Positions 24,231 to 37,725 of a DNA stretch of 64,000 nt are shown one piece after another. The position numbers and the translations under genes are program-made. Below the pieces are notes generated by a model. That model was given only the letters and a program-made list of their open reading frames with translations, had not been told where the DNA came from and made no database searches. The stretch lies in contig OZ360228.1 in assembly GCA_977017645.1 (NCBI GenBank), forward strand, positions 87,420,001 to 87,484,000, written 5' to 3'. Source of the DNA: Torpedo marmorata. Its lineage: Eukaryota. The stretch's first letter is position 1; each line of letters begins with the position of its first letter.

Positions 24231-24764
24231 GAAACTATCAGAAATATGGGATGTTGGGAATTGATACCACATACAAGCAAGGGCAATTAATTTCTGCACA
24301 GCATGCCCCATGAACAATAAGAAACCAGTCGATTTCTTTATGGCAGTTTTTGAACTGTGCTGCAGAATAAATGATGTATTTCTGAATGGACAGTAGGAGC
24401 CCTGGTGTAAAGTTCCGAGGCATCTTAAACCAATGCAGTAATGTGTTGTTGGCTGTAATTATGTAATTATATCCAGGATCAGACTTGAATTTGCCTTCTG
24501 AGCTGGAGGCAATATTGTTACTATTGAAATCTCAACTAAGTATCAGTTTGGTTATTGGACATCAATGCTACTGGCAAAACAGGATATTTTAAAACTTTCA
24601 GAGGCTACAACGTAGTTCATATTCATATTGTCCACAAACAGTATGGATTAGTGCCACTTAGTCATGCCAAATGATGTAAGATTTAACAAAGACAGTGAAA
24701 GCTTTTAATTAATTTCAGGATCTCATCACCATATAACCAAATTTATGAATTTGTTTTCCATCAG

Positions 24765-24934
24765 GTGATCAACTTATCAGTGCTACAATCTATTTTGATA
24801 ATGTCAAATATGAAGATGCACTGAAGATTTTGCAGTACTCAGAACCATACAAAATGCAATATTGCCTGAAACGAACAATATCTGGTACTATAGTATCTGA
24901 GGCAGCTGAAGGAAAAGGAATGAAGACTAATGCG
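24765..24934 (+). CDS. AHNAK2: AHNAK2-like exon, second half of PDZ-like domain (exon 6 equivalent)
   Basis: ccatcAG|...|GTaggt; 170 nt, phase 1-0; [57 protein letters not shown] ([16 protein letters not shown] as in AHNAK2). Confidence 0.95.
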
Positions 24935-25679
24935 GTAGGTTTACTTTCCGTAACAAGTCAAATATTCACTCTCTCCATTAATAGTATTATTTTCTTAGAA
25001 ACATACATCCATCGATACAATTAAGAATATTTTGCTTGCAATGTACAAAAACTTGTATTACAGGAAAGAAAAGGCGCTGAAAGGAACAGAGAGTTAAGTA
25101 GTATATGCAGACAACACCCTAAAGTATTTCACTGTTTTAAAGCTAAGTTTGCTCATTAAATATCGTCACTTATTCACACAGTGTTTAGGTTTATGTTGCC
25201 TAAATCAGTAGGAGGAAGGTTTGGTGCTGTGAATGACCACACAGACGTGTTTTCATGGAGTGAAGGATCACTGCTTTTAGACAGTGTCAGTGTATTGAAC
25301 AAACCGCTAGAAAAAAATTGCTGCAAAAACGTTGTAGAGATCAAGAGAGCTGGTTAGGTTTGACAGAAAGAAGAGGGGGAAACATGCTAGTATTGAAAGG
25401 TTTTGCATGAACATCAAGCCTTACAAACTGTACACATAGAGGAGCCCTGCAGAGCTGGCTCGAGCGGACACTTACCATAACTTTAGAACATCGCATTGTT
25501 CAAGTATTATTAGGTTTTTAAAAAGAAGTATGAACACTTAAGCCTAATGCTAACCACTCCCCCTTTAATGTGGTCTTGGCTCCAAAAAAATATATAACAT
25601 GGTTAATATGAAACAGCACATTCGGCCGCTTTAGGCTATAATCTTAAAGAAAGGTGTTTTCATTTGAGAAAGCAAATTT

Positions 25680-28600
25680 ACACAAGAATACAAGAACATT
25701 AGAAAATAGGAGCAGTAGGCCACACCTATTATTCAATATGATCAGGGCTGATCCACACTGGCCTCAAATCCTCTTCCGTGTCAGTTCCCCACAGCTCTCA
25801 ATTCCCCAAACTTTCAAAATAAATACCTACCTCCACTTTAAATACTTATCTAGCCTCCACAACTCCCTGGGGTAGAGAATTCCAGAGATTTGCTGCCCTC
25901 TGTGAAAAGAAATTTTTACACACCTCCTTTTTAAATGACGCCCTTTATTTTATAACTATGTTCCACTGGTGAAAATACCTCAACATCTACCCTATCCTGC
26001 CCCCTAAAGATCTTATGTGTTTTCATGAGGCCACCTCTCATTCTTCTAAATCCCAAAGAATATGGACCCAAACCTGTTAGGCTTGATGGGACCCTCTCTT
26101 ATCCCAACAATTAACTTGGTGAATCTCCTTTTGGATTTACTCCAACGTTAGGCAAGTTGGCTAAAACTGTGGGCAGTATTCTAGGTGTGGCCTCACCAAC
26201 ACCTTGTATCATTGTAATAAATCCTTTTGATTTTTAAACTCCAAATGGTTTGTAATAAATTACAGAATGCATGTTGGACCTGCTTGCTAACTTTTTGTGA
26301 TTCATGCATTTAAAAACACACAGATCCGTCTCTACTTCACTCATTTAAAAACACCCAGATCCCTCTCTACATCAATCATTTAAAAACACCCAGATCCCTC
26401 TCTACTTCACTCATTTAAAAACACCCAGATCCCTCTCTACTTCACTCATTTAAAAACACCCAGATCCCTCTCTACTTCAATCATTTAAAAACACCCAGAT
26501 CCCTCTCTACTTCAATCATTTAAAAACACCCAGATCCCTCTCTACTTCAATCATTTAAAAACACCCAGATCCCTCTCTACTTCAATCATTTTAAAACACC
26601 CAGATCCCTCTCTACTTCAATCATTTAAAAACACCCAGATCCCTCTCTACTTCACTCATTTAAAAGCACCCAGATCTCTCTCTACTTCAATCATTTAAAA
26701 ACACCCAGATCCCTCTCTACTTCAATCATTTAAAAACACCCAGATCCCTCTCTACTTCAATCATTTAAAAACACCCAGATCCCTCTCTACTTCAATCATT
26801 TAAAAACACCCAGATCCCTCTCTACTTCAATCATTTAAAAACACCCAGATCCCTCTCTACTTCAATCATTTAAAAACACCCAGATCCCTCTCTACTTCAC
26901 TCATTTAAAAACACCCAGATCCCTCTCTACTTCAATCATTTTAAAACACCCAGATCCCTCTCTACTTCACTCATTTAAAAACACCCAGATCCCTCTCTAC
27001 TTCAATCATTTAAAAGCACCCAGATCTCTCTCTACTTCACTCATTTAAAAACACCCAGATCCCTCTCTACTTCAATCATTTAAAAACACCCAGATCCCTC
27101 TCTACTTCAATCATTTAAAAACACCCAGATCCCTCTCTACTTCAATCATTTTAAAACACCCAGATCCCTCTCTACTTCACTCATTTAAAAACACCCAGAT
27201 CCCTCTCTACTTCAATCATTTTAAAACACCCAGATCCCTCTCTACTTCACTCATTTAAAAACACCCAGATCCCTCTCTACTTCAATCATTTAAAAACACC
27301 CAGATCCCTCTCTACTTCAATCATTTAAAAACACCCAGATCCCTCTCTACTTCAATCATTTAAAAACACCCAGATCCCTCTCTACTTCACTCATTTAAAA
27401 ACACCCAGATCCCTCTCTACTTCAATCATTTTAAAACACCCAGATCCCTCTCTACTTCACTCATTTAAAAACACCCAGATCCCTCTCTACTTCAATCATT
27501 TTAAAACACCCAGATCCCTCTCTACTTCACTCATTTAAAAACACCCAGATCCCTCTCTACTTCACTCATTTAAAAACACCCAGATCCCTCTCTACTTCAC
27601 TCATTTAAAAACACCCAGATCCCTCTCTACTTCAATCATTTTAAAACACCCAGATCCCTCTCTACTTCAATCATTTTAAAACACCCAGATCCCTCTCTAC
27701 TTCAATCATTTTAAAACACCCAGATCCCTCTCTACTTCAATCATTTAAAAACACCCAGATCCCTCTCTACTTCACTCATTTAAAAACACCCAGATCCCTC
27801 TCTACTTCAATCATTTAAAAACACCCAGATCCCTCTCTACTTCACTCATTTAAAAACACCCAGATCCCTCTCTACTTCACTCATTTAAAAACACCCACAT
27901 CCCTCTCTACTTCAATCATTTAAAAACACCCAGATCCCTCTCTACTTCAATCATTTAAAAACACCCAGATCCCTCTCCACTCATTTAAAAACACCCAGAT
28001 CCCTCTCTACTTCAATCATTTTAAAACACCCAGATCCCTCTCTACTTCACTCATTTAAAAACACCCAGATCCCTCTCTACTTCACTCATTTAAAAACACC
28101 CAGATCCCTCTCTACTTCAATCATTTAAAAACACCCAGATCCCTCTCTACTTCAATCATTTAAAAACACCCAGATCCCTCTCTACTTCAATCATTTAAAA
28201 ACACACAGATCTCTCTCTACTTCAATCATTTAAAAACACACAGATCCCTCTCTACTTCAATCATTTAAAAACACCCAGATCCCTCTCTACTTCAATCATT
28301 TAAAAACACCCAGATCCCTCTCTACTTCAATCATTTTAAAACACCCAGATCCCTCTCTACTTCAATCATTTAAAAACACCCAGATCCCTCTCTACTTCAA
28401 TCATTTAAAAACACCCAGATCCCTCTCTACTTCAATCATTTAAAAACACACAGATCTCTCTCTACTTCAATCATTTAAAAACACACAGATCCCTCTCTAC
28501 TTCAATCATTTAAAAACACCCAGATCCCTCTCTACTTCAATCATTTAAAAACACCCAGATCCCTCTCTACTTCAATCATTTAAAAACACACAGATCTCTC

Positions 28601-29045
28601 TCTACTTCAATCATTTAAAAACACACAGATCCCTCTCTACTTCAATCATTTAAAAACACCCAGATCCCTCTCTACTTCAATCATTTAAAAACACCCAGAT
28701 CCCTCTCTACTTCAATCATTTAAAAACACCCAGATCCCTCTCTACTTCAATCATTTAAAAACACCCAGATCCCTCTCTACTTCACTCATTTAAAAACACC
28801 CAGATCCCTCTCTACTTCACTCATTTTCTGTCACACTCCACTTTGATACTAATCTGCCTTTTGATTTCTCATGTGAAGTGCATGACCTCAGATTTTCCCA
28901 CACTTTAAACAACCTTTTTCCTTCTACCACCTTATGATATGTCTTTTCCATTAGTTATCAGAACTTTATTGGGATAAATTTCAATGGGCTGAACCTTACT
29001 GGCCAAAGCCTGCCCAGTATCCCATTTGCAATCTCCCTGTGACCT
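25680..29045 (-). mobile_element. Decayed CR1 LINE 3' portion, split by an internal satellite
   Basis: CR1-like tail (acaagaatacaagaacattagaaaataggagc) at the left; antisense ORF2 C-terminal remnants (aactgtgggcagtattctaggtgtggcctcacc) continue on both sides of the satellite. Confidence 0.65.
26306..28826. repeat. 35-bp tandem satellite, ~72 copies
   Basis: Unit TCATTTAAAAACACCCAGATCCCTCTCTACTTCA(A/C); few variant sites; one short deletion near 27978. Confidence 0.97.
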
Positions 29046-29718
29046 TGCAGAGCTTCTACTGTTCCTACCCAAGGCAGTCCAGTCAACAGTGTCATTGTCT
29101 GAGAAGCAGCAGGGCCTCAAATGATACACTAAAAAACTCTCCATTGCCAAAACATTATTGCAAGCTTTGACAGCTGGGAAAGCCTTGTTTCCAGCTATGC
29201 CAATTATAAAAGCTATGTAGGTTTTAAATTTCTCAAAATTTCTCCAATATCCAGAAGTATTGAAATTATGTTAAAAATGAGATGTAAATTAAAAAAAAAC
29301 AAGAACCATTTAAAGTTAAAGGACTGAAATAATCTAAAATGTCCCTAAACGTTACAAACAATTAAAACATTAAAGTAGTGTAACATTTAAAATAAAGAAA
29401 TCTGCCTTCGTCCCCTTTACTGTATCACCCACAGTTCTTATGTTCTGAGGTTGCAGAACCCATGCTCTGTTTTGCCTGAAACGGAATCCAAACCTGATTT
29501 CCCAAGATAAATGTAGGAAGCTCAGGCAAATGAGCTCCAGTTCTGGATTCCAGAGGGATTCCATCTAGAGAGCAAACTGTAATATTGTTTAACTACATAT
29601 GTATAGAAGTTATAAATTTGCTTCCATTTAGTAAAATAAACAGCAGTTATTCCAAATAGAAATATATTGCTTACATATCAAGAAGGGCTCATGATATTGA
29701 TCTAACAGTACTGTATTC

Positions 29719-30070
29719 CAGCCATTCTCAACAGGGGCCATACGCATCCCCCTCCCCCCGGGGGCCACAGCACATTTAAGGGGGGGCCACAGACTAAAAT
29801 CATGAAATATTCTTTATATGTAGTCGATAGGAGGGAAGTACAGAAAAAAGACAACTAAAATTAACTGCTTCACAGGGAAGGGGGCCCATAAATTGGATAT
29901 GTATTTCTCCCTTTGCTACATAAAAGACACTGTTTGACCTGCTGAGTTCTCCAGCATTTGTGTTTTTTACTTCAACCACGGTGTCTACAGATTTTCGTGT
30001 TTTACTTTGCCCATAAACTGGAGCAGAGTCCTCAGGGGGCCATAGCCAAAAAAAAGGTTGAGAATGGCTG
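29719..30070. mobile_element. hAT-type MITE with a nested short insertion (29898-30008)
   Basis: 14-bp TIR CAGCCATTCTCAAC / GTTGAGAATGGCTG; 8-bp TSD CTGTATTC / CTGTAATC; inner insert flanked by GCCCATAAA(T/C)TGGA duplication. Confidence 0.88.
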
Positions 30071-31089
30071 CTGTAATCCATGTTTGAGTTGGATGTGCAA
30101 TCATGTGACAAATTTTATTTGGGGGCTACTGATATGACTTTCATGCCTGTTTAAAAAAAACACATGGAGAAATTTAGTGGGTTTTCAGGAATTTGCTCTG
30201 GCCAAATATGCAGTTGGTCACAAACAGGTGAAATCTGTAAACAAAATTCCTTCACATTGACCTAATGGAGAAGCAGTACTCCTGGTTTTCCACCCACTGT
30301 AATTCACAGTTGACAATCCTGTTCTTCCACCTATGTCAATACCATCCTCACCCCAGCAAGGAATTAATACTTGAACTATTTCTGCTAAGGAAAGGGATCC
30401 AAATTTCATCAGGTCACAAATCTGTGCTGCCTCCTGAGGTTCATTTCTGAGCCTTGGGCTTCCAGTTTCAGGTTGTACCAAGTATGCAATAGATAATATA
30501 GTGCCCATATCAGCTATGTTAGAATATATGCTCAGCACTTATTATTTAATGCAGAAACACCATAATTGTGTTAATTAAGTATAGCAGGAGATATCACAGT
30601 TGTTCTTAATTTTAGAGGTAAAATTAACATTAAAAGGGCTTTGACTAAGAGATGCAATTTCATATGGGTAGTAATGTTGCAGTTATTCATATCCAACCAA
30701 ACTTGTGTGTGTACTAAATCCCTTGATGTGTCAAAGGAAGATTTAACTAAGATAACGGAGGTTGAGAAATTCAACACAGGTCCAAAACAACACAAGTTGG
30801 CAGGTTGAAGGAACCATCCAATCTAAGACTAGAGTCAAATTGATTTTCAGCCCTTGTATAGATGCTCTGAGTGAGCTGTAAGTGCAAAATCGGTGCATTG
30901 TTATGACTGGTACTTTACATTCAAAGCAGGTTTGAATGTAACAAGAAAGGAAATCCAGAGGAAAATTAACATCATTTGTAAGACAAAGTGAAAACAGAAA
31001 TACTCAGTCAATGTGCATCTGCAGACAGGGACAGGTCACATTGTAGGTCAATAATATAAAATGTTAAGTTTTTTTACAATGAGCTGTGA

Positions 31090-33130
31090 CATATAAGGAG
31101 ACCTGGGTGTCCTAGTCCATCATTCACAGAAGTTTAGAATGCATATACCTGTATTGCAAATAATTAGGAAAACTAACAGAATGTTATCACTTATTTTGCT
31201 AAGGGAAATGAATGATGATAATGAGTTTAGTATGCATTAAATAATCCCACTACAGAAAGCGATAATAAATATATTGTTTTGCGGCAGCATCACAGTGCAA
31301 ACATTTATTTGAACCATCTTACAAAATAAATAAAAAAAAGTGCAAGAAAAAGTCAAAGTAAGGCAGTGTCTGTGGTTCATTGAGGTTCTTGAGGCAGTGC
31401 CTCACACAGATGTCTTCAATGGATGGGATGTCAGAGCCAGTGATGAACCTGGCTATGTTTGCTATGTTCTGCAGGCTTCAGCATTCCTGGATACTTGAAT
31501 TACTAAACTAGGCCAGTAGGGATGATAACAGTGGGGAAATAATTAATCAATTATATTGGGCAAAACCATATCTGGAGTAATGTATCCAGTATTTGTATCC
31601 TTATTTAAGGAAGAATGTACGTAAATTGATTGGCAACGGATCAGAGATTTTCTAGACCGATACCTGGAATGAGTGAATGTGCCTATGAGAAAAACATTGC
31701 ACAGTCTAGGTTTATATCTGTTGGAATTTAGAGCAAGAGGTGAGTTGACTGGAACATATAAAATTCCAAAATAATTTGACAGAGTGAATGGGGAAAAGAT
31801 TTTGATGGGAAATCTTTTTCAATATTTTTATTGACATTGAAATTCCACATCAAAAAATACAGAGTACATAAGGATACATGTTAAAAGTGAAAAAGATACA
31901 TTACATTTAAATCATATAATTTCATCCAAGGTACCCCACATTCTCAATCAAACAAATTATATTATATTAATATAATCTAAGTATTCAGTTTTTAATAAGC
32001 AGTCACTCATTTAAGACAGCGGAGGTGATTTTTTTTTCTCTCAGAAGGGCATGTGTCTTTGGAACTGTTTTCCTCAATGGGGAGTGGAAACAGAGTCATT
32101 GGATATTTTAATGGAGAGGGAGATAGATTCTTGATAAGCAAGTTTACTGATAGGTGGGAATGTGAAGCTACAATCATATCACATTCACCCATGATCTTAT
32201 TGAATAACGAAGCAGTTTCAAGTACCAAGAATCTTAAACCAGCTCCTGATTCACACATTCATATGTTTGTTGATGCTGCATGATCTGCTCAATGTTTCTC
32301 ACAGTTTCCATTTTCATTGAAGATTTTTACGATCGAGATTATTTTTCTTGAGGCGTTTAACACGTTAGAGCCATGTGACCCCTTAACATGTTTCAACGTG
32401 TAAAACTTGGGCTCTCAGTTTAAGGCCATAGAATTAAACATGTAAGGTGCCAGTACTTTGGATTCCTTTGAGTCCTGAAACGATTTTTTCATTTGTTCCC
32501 ATATTCTCCAAATGCTTGGAATTGAGTTCACGATCTACCATCAGGCATGTGTATTTGGGAATTGTGTACAAATCCATAAGTTGGAGAGTTGGGTGAAGGC
32601 TTCAAGAGAAATTTGTCTACAAATAGTACTGGCATGTTTATAGCAGCAATCAGCACTAATTACATTATTGGATTATTTTAATGCTGATACATGTCCCTCA
32701 AAATTTGGCATGGCCATCGCCAATTAGAGATTTCTAGGGATAATGTTCAATATAAGTTTATTACCAGAGATATAAGCACAATGTACAGATACACCAACAT
32801 TCTTACTTGCTGCAGCCAAACAGATACATGAGATCCAGTAACTACAATAGCAAAAATTTAAATGACCACAAATGCAAGTCATAAAAAGATAATAAATATC
32901 AAAGGATTGATAAATAACTATTCACAGCTGCAGTTAGTGTAAAAAAAAAAGTGATGTCTCAGTTGTGCAGACAGATATTTTGGTGGTCCAAGGGTAGTTT
33001 ATAGCTCGGGCTAGAGTAGTACAGGAAGGTTCAAGAGCCTGAGAATTGTTGAATAAAAACTGTTCTTAAACCTGGTGGTCCTGGACTTCAGGCCTTTGTA
33101 CCTTCTGCCTGAAGGGAGCAGCAAACCCAA
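31090..33130. mobile_element. Cluster of short CR1, Rex1 and L1 3'-end relics
   Basis: CR1-like DLGVLVH near 31100 and further CR1 sequence at 31550-31810; Rex1 3'-UTR homologue (cf. 8850-8970) at 31275-31385; Rex1-like LLPSGRRYKGLKSRTTRFKNSFY on the minus strand at 33011-33130. Confidence 0.55.
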
Positions 33131-33511
33131 AGTTGACCCTTTTAATGGGGAGGTGCTTGTAGCTATAAATGGCTTCCTACTGACAGTGAATGATACAAGT
33201 ACCACATAGAGTGGGGAATCTCACATGGCAAATTATTGAGAATCAGTGGTGTGTGCCTGGGCAAGGGAAGAGTAGTCCAAATACAATTAACAGTCACAAA
33301 TGCCAGATAATGAGCTTTTCCAACAAGATAAATTCTAATCAGCTGATCTTGACATTCAATGGCATTTCCATCACCATATACCTTACCAGCAACACCCCGG
33401 AGATCACCATCAACTAAACATTTGATTAAATTAGCAACATAAACATTCAGTGGCTGAGTATTCTGCAACGGGCAATGATCCCCTTCACCTCCAAAGCCTT
33501 TCCACTATCTA

Positions 33512-33876
33512 TTACGTTTTTTAGACTGAAGTACCGAGATTTTACCGTCATCAATATGCATACTTACCCTCCGGAGTGGCCGTTCACACAAGATGGACGT
33601 TTATACTAACCTCATGCGTTGCGGTGATTCCGGAGGGTGGATGTGGGTCGACGTCGATTCGGACGTACACAGGTACGTCGTATACATTAACCCATTTTTG
33701 CGGACCGCCTGCAGTTCAGTTTAGACTGCAGGCAGTCCGCAAAAATGTCTAGGACTGCTGCAGGAAAAATGTCATGACGGAAATTAGTTACTAATTTCCG
33801 TCACGACATTTTTACACAGCCAGCATAACGGGAAATTTCCAAGATTTTCCCGTTATGCAGCGGCTGTGTAAAAGTC
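33512..33876. mobile_element. Hairpin-rich MITE (possibly PIF/Harbinger-type)
   Basis: CpG-rich block with three adjacent inverted repeats (33693-33747, 33765-33813, 33810-33873) and repeated TTT(T)AGACTG / TTTTACACAG motifs; termini imperfect. Confidence 0.55.
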
Positions 33877-34127
33877 ATGTATAAGACAAAAGCCAGTAAT
33901 AAGATGAATACTCATTCCTTTGTTTCGGCAACAGAACAAAACATTCCATTTGATTTAGAAAACACCCTTCTGGACTGCACCTTGATGGAACAGTTTGAGC
34001 TTCTACCGCAGCACTCAAACATTGGATGGTTTCTGTTTGTGATGAAATTGAAGCAGAGATATCAGCCATCTGATGCACATTATAGTTTGGTCTGCAAATA
34101 GTGAAATGGTCATCATTTTCCGACCGG

Positions 34128-34313
34128 AAATTCTTTCCCTCCGCCATCAGATTCCTGAATGAACAATGAACCACAGACACTGCCTTACTTTGACTTTTTC
34201 TTGCGCTATTTTTATTTATTTTGGAAGGTGGTTTATATAAATGTTTGCACTGTGATGCTGCCGCAAAACCATGAATTTCGTGACATGTTCATGACAATAA
34301 ATTCTGATTCTGA
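34128..34313 (+). mobile_element. Rex1/Babar 3'-end fragment
   Basis: Reverse-complement homologue of 8807-9000, ending aataaattctgattctga. Confidence 0.8.
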
Positions 34314-34525
34314 GCTGTACTAGCTGTCCTTCACATTGCACACAGGAATTTTGGCAGGTTAACCAATACCCCATTTGATTGTGATGAGGAAGAGTTTCTT
34401 CCATTGGAGGGTTGTGAGTCTATTATTTATTTAATATTTCTATTCCAGGCAGAAGTTGCTGCTAAGTCATTAAATATATTTAATGCTAAGACAGATTTTT
34501 TGTTTATAGGGAAATCAAATGTTTT

Positions 34526-37500
34526 TTAAAAAATATTTTATTTAAAAATTTTAAATCACAAAATACATAAAATAAAATATGAAATGATCAAAATACTTGT
34601 GATACATTTTCATCCCCCCCTCCCTCCCTCCCCTCCCCAACCCTCCCAACCCCACTAATCTAATAAAATAATTAAAAAAAAGAAGAAAGAGAAAAGGACA
34701 AGGTAAGGAGAATGTCAATCTAATAAATACATCTATAAACTAATTCTATTATGGAGGTTAGGTAGCCAGTAGATCCAATGTCCAGAGATCTTCAAATCCT
34801 TAAGCCAACAGCTTTCATATATGGGCTCCATATTTTTAAAAAGAGATGATATTTATTCCATAAGTTATGTAATTTCTTCAAGTGGTATACATGAACGAAG
34901 TTCTGCATGCCATCTTTCTAACCCTAAATCTACGTCAGATTTCCAAGTAATAGCAATACATTTCTTTGAAACAGCTAAAGCAATTCGCAGAAATTCTATT
35001 TGATACATATTTAATTTCATCTTAATACTAAATTTTCTAATATCTCCAAACAAAAATATCATAGGATCCATTGGAAATGTAATCTTAAATACTTTATCTA
35101 AAATTTTTTTAACTTTCAACCAGAAATCATACATTTTTGGACAAAACCATGTAGAATGTACAAAAGAACCTTCCTCTTTATTACATCTAAAACATAAACC
35201 TGATAATGTCGGATTAAATTTCTTTAGTTTTTTAGGTATTAAATATAATTGATGAAAAAAATTGTATTGTACTAATCTATATCTAACATTAATAATCTTC
35301 GTCATACTTAATTTACATAATTCTTTCCAATGATTTTCATCTATTGTTACATTCAAATCTAATTCCCATTTTAATCTTGATTTATGAATTACTACTTTAG
35401 GAATTTTCCTCTGAAACAATTTATACATTTGAGAAATAAGTTTATTTACATCTCCTTTAGTAACTAATAATTCTAATTCATTCTGTCTTGGTAAAATCAA
35501 AACATAACCTAATTTCTCAATCAGAAAAGCTCTAATTTGATAATAAGCAAAAAGTGTATTATATAATATATTAAATTTATCTTTCATTCTTTGAAAAGTA
35601 ATAAATTTTCCAGCTTCAAAACAATCATTTATTTTCTTAATTCCTTTTTGAAACCAAATTTTAAATAATTGATTATTAATAGTAAATGGAATAAGTTGAT
35701 TTTGATATAAAGGCATCCTTGAAGAAATCAATCCTTTTCCTCCTATTTCCTTATCCGTCTTATTCCATATTTCTAACAAATGTTTAAGAATAGGCAAATT
35801 TTTCTTTCTTGTTGATATTAATTTAGAATCCCATTTATAAATAACTTCTTCTTTGGAATCTTCTCCTATATTATTTAGTTCTATTTTAATCCAAGCAGAA
35901 GATTTAGTTGAATCAAAAAGTTCATTAACAAATTTTAATTGAGCTGCTTTATAATAATTTTGGAAATTAGGAAGTTGTAAACCACCCATTTCATAATTCC
36001 AAGTTAATTTTTCCATACCTACTCTTGCTAACTTTTCTTTTCTTAAAAATTTTCTAATAACTGAATTTAAATCTTTGAAAAATTTTTGAGGAATTTCATA
36101 AGGAATTGATTGAAAAAGATATTGAATTCTTGGAAAAACATTCATTTTAATACAATTTACTCTTCCCATTAAAGTTATAGGTAAATCTTTCCAATTTTCT
36201 AAATCCTTTTTTATTTTCACAAATAATGGTAAATAATTTAATTTATATAAATTAGCCAATTTTGTGTCAATCCTTATTCCCAAATATTTAATTCCTTCCT
36301 TTGCCCATTTAAATTGTGTAATTTCTTTACATTTACTATAATCACCTTGTGATAATGCCATAATTTCACTTTTATCAGAATTAATTTTATATCCAGATAT
36401 TTCCCCATATTCTTTCAATAACGCAGACAATTGTACTAAAGATGTAGTAGATTTTGTCATATATATCAATACATCATCTGCAAATAAACTAATTTTATGT
36501 TCTTCCATTCCAACTTTAATACCAACTATTTTAGGATCTTTTCTAACTAATTCTGTCAAAGGTTCTATCGCCAAAATAAATAACGCTGGTGACAAAGGAC
36601 ATCCTTGTCTAGTAGATCGAGTCAAAGGAAATCTTGAAGAAATTTGTTCATTTGTAACTACTTTAGCAGATGGTTCTTTATATATAGTTTTAATCCAATT
36701 AATAAATGTAATTCCAAAACCAAATTTCTCCAATACCTTAAATAAAAAATTCCACTCTAATCTATCAAAAGCCTTTTCGGCCTCTAGCGTTAATACTAAA
36801 ATGGTAAATCTTCCTTCTTTTTTTGTAAATTAATTAAACTAATTAATCTAGCTATATTATCTTTTGAATATCTATTCTTAATGAAACCAGCTTGATCTAC
36901 ATGAATTAAATCTGGTAAATAATTAGCCATTCTATTTGCTAAAATTTTTGCCATTATCTTATAATCTACATTTAACAATGAAATAGGTCTATATGATTCA
37001 GTTTTCAATACATCTCTATCTTTTTTAGGTATAACTGTAATTATTGCATTTAAAAATGTGTCCGGTAATGAATGGGTTTCCGTAATTTGATTTAATACAT
37101 CCATATACGGAGGTATCAATAAATCTTTAAGCTCTTTGTAAAATTATGCTGGAAATCCATCATCACCTGGAGATTTACCACTCGTTAAGGAAGTAAGAAC
37201 TTCATTAACTTCCCTCATTGAGAAAGGTAAATCTAAAGCTTCTCCACTTTGAATATTTAGTTTAGGTAATGTAATTTTAGATAAAAATCTATTAATTTTA
37301 GAGTTATCTTGATCAATCTGAGATTTATATAAATTTAAATAATAATCCTTAAAAGAATCATTTATTTCTCGAAGTTTATAAGTTATTTCCTTAGAATTCT
37401 TTTTCCTAATAGCATTTATAGTTCTAGAAGCTTGATCTTTTTTTAATTGCCATGCCAAAACTTTATGTGCTCTTTCCCCTAACTCATAATATCTTTGTTT

Positions 37501-37535
37501 AGTTCTTTCAATTAATTTTTCCATTTTGTATGTTT
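34526..37535 (-). mobile_element. 5'-truncated L1-clade LINE (RT plus C-terminus), disrupted
   Basis: Track ORFs 37144-37524, 36796-37119 and 34865-36733 with KSPGDDGFP, YRPISLLN, RQGCPLSP, LFADD; 15-bp TSD GAAATCAAA(T/C)GTTTT (34511-34525 / 37536-37550). Confidence 0.93.
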
Positions 37536-37725
37536 GAAATCAAACGTTTTGCCATGTTTTACAAGATACATTAAGTATGCCAAAAGTTGTTGGTCTATTC
37601 TAATAAATAAGATAAGTTTTACATTCAATAACTAGACAATGACTACTTGTACCTGTCTGTCTGTCTACCTCATGAATTAACTTCAGACAAAAAGAGAGAA
37701 AATAACTGTCCATATCTTCTCCTAG

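Noticed and set aside
26306-28826. 35-bp repeats as a CRISPR array
   Set aside because: Head-to-tail units with no unique spacers, no cas genes, vertebrate context.
37681-37725. Alternative acceptor cttcAG at 37686 for the giant exon
   Set aside because: In phase 0 it meets TAG at 37723-37725; the acceptor at 37725 gives the open frame.
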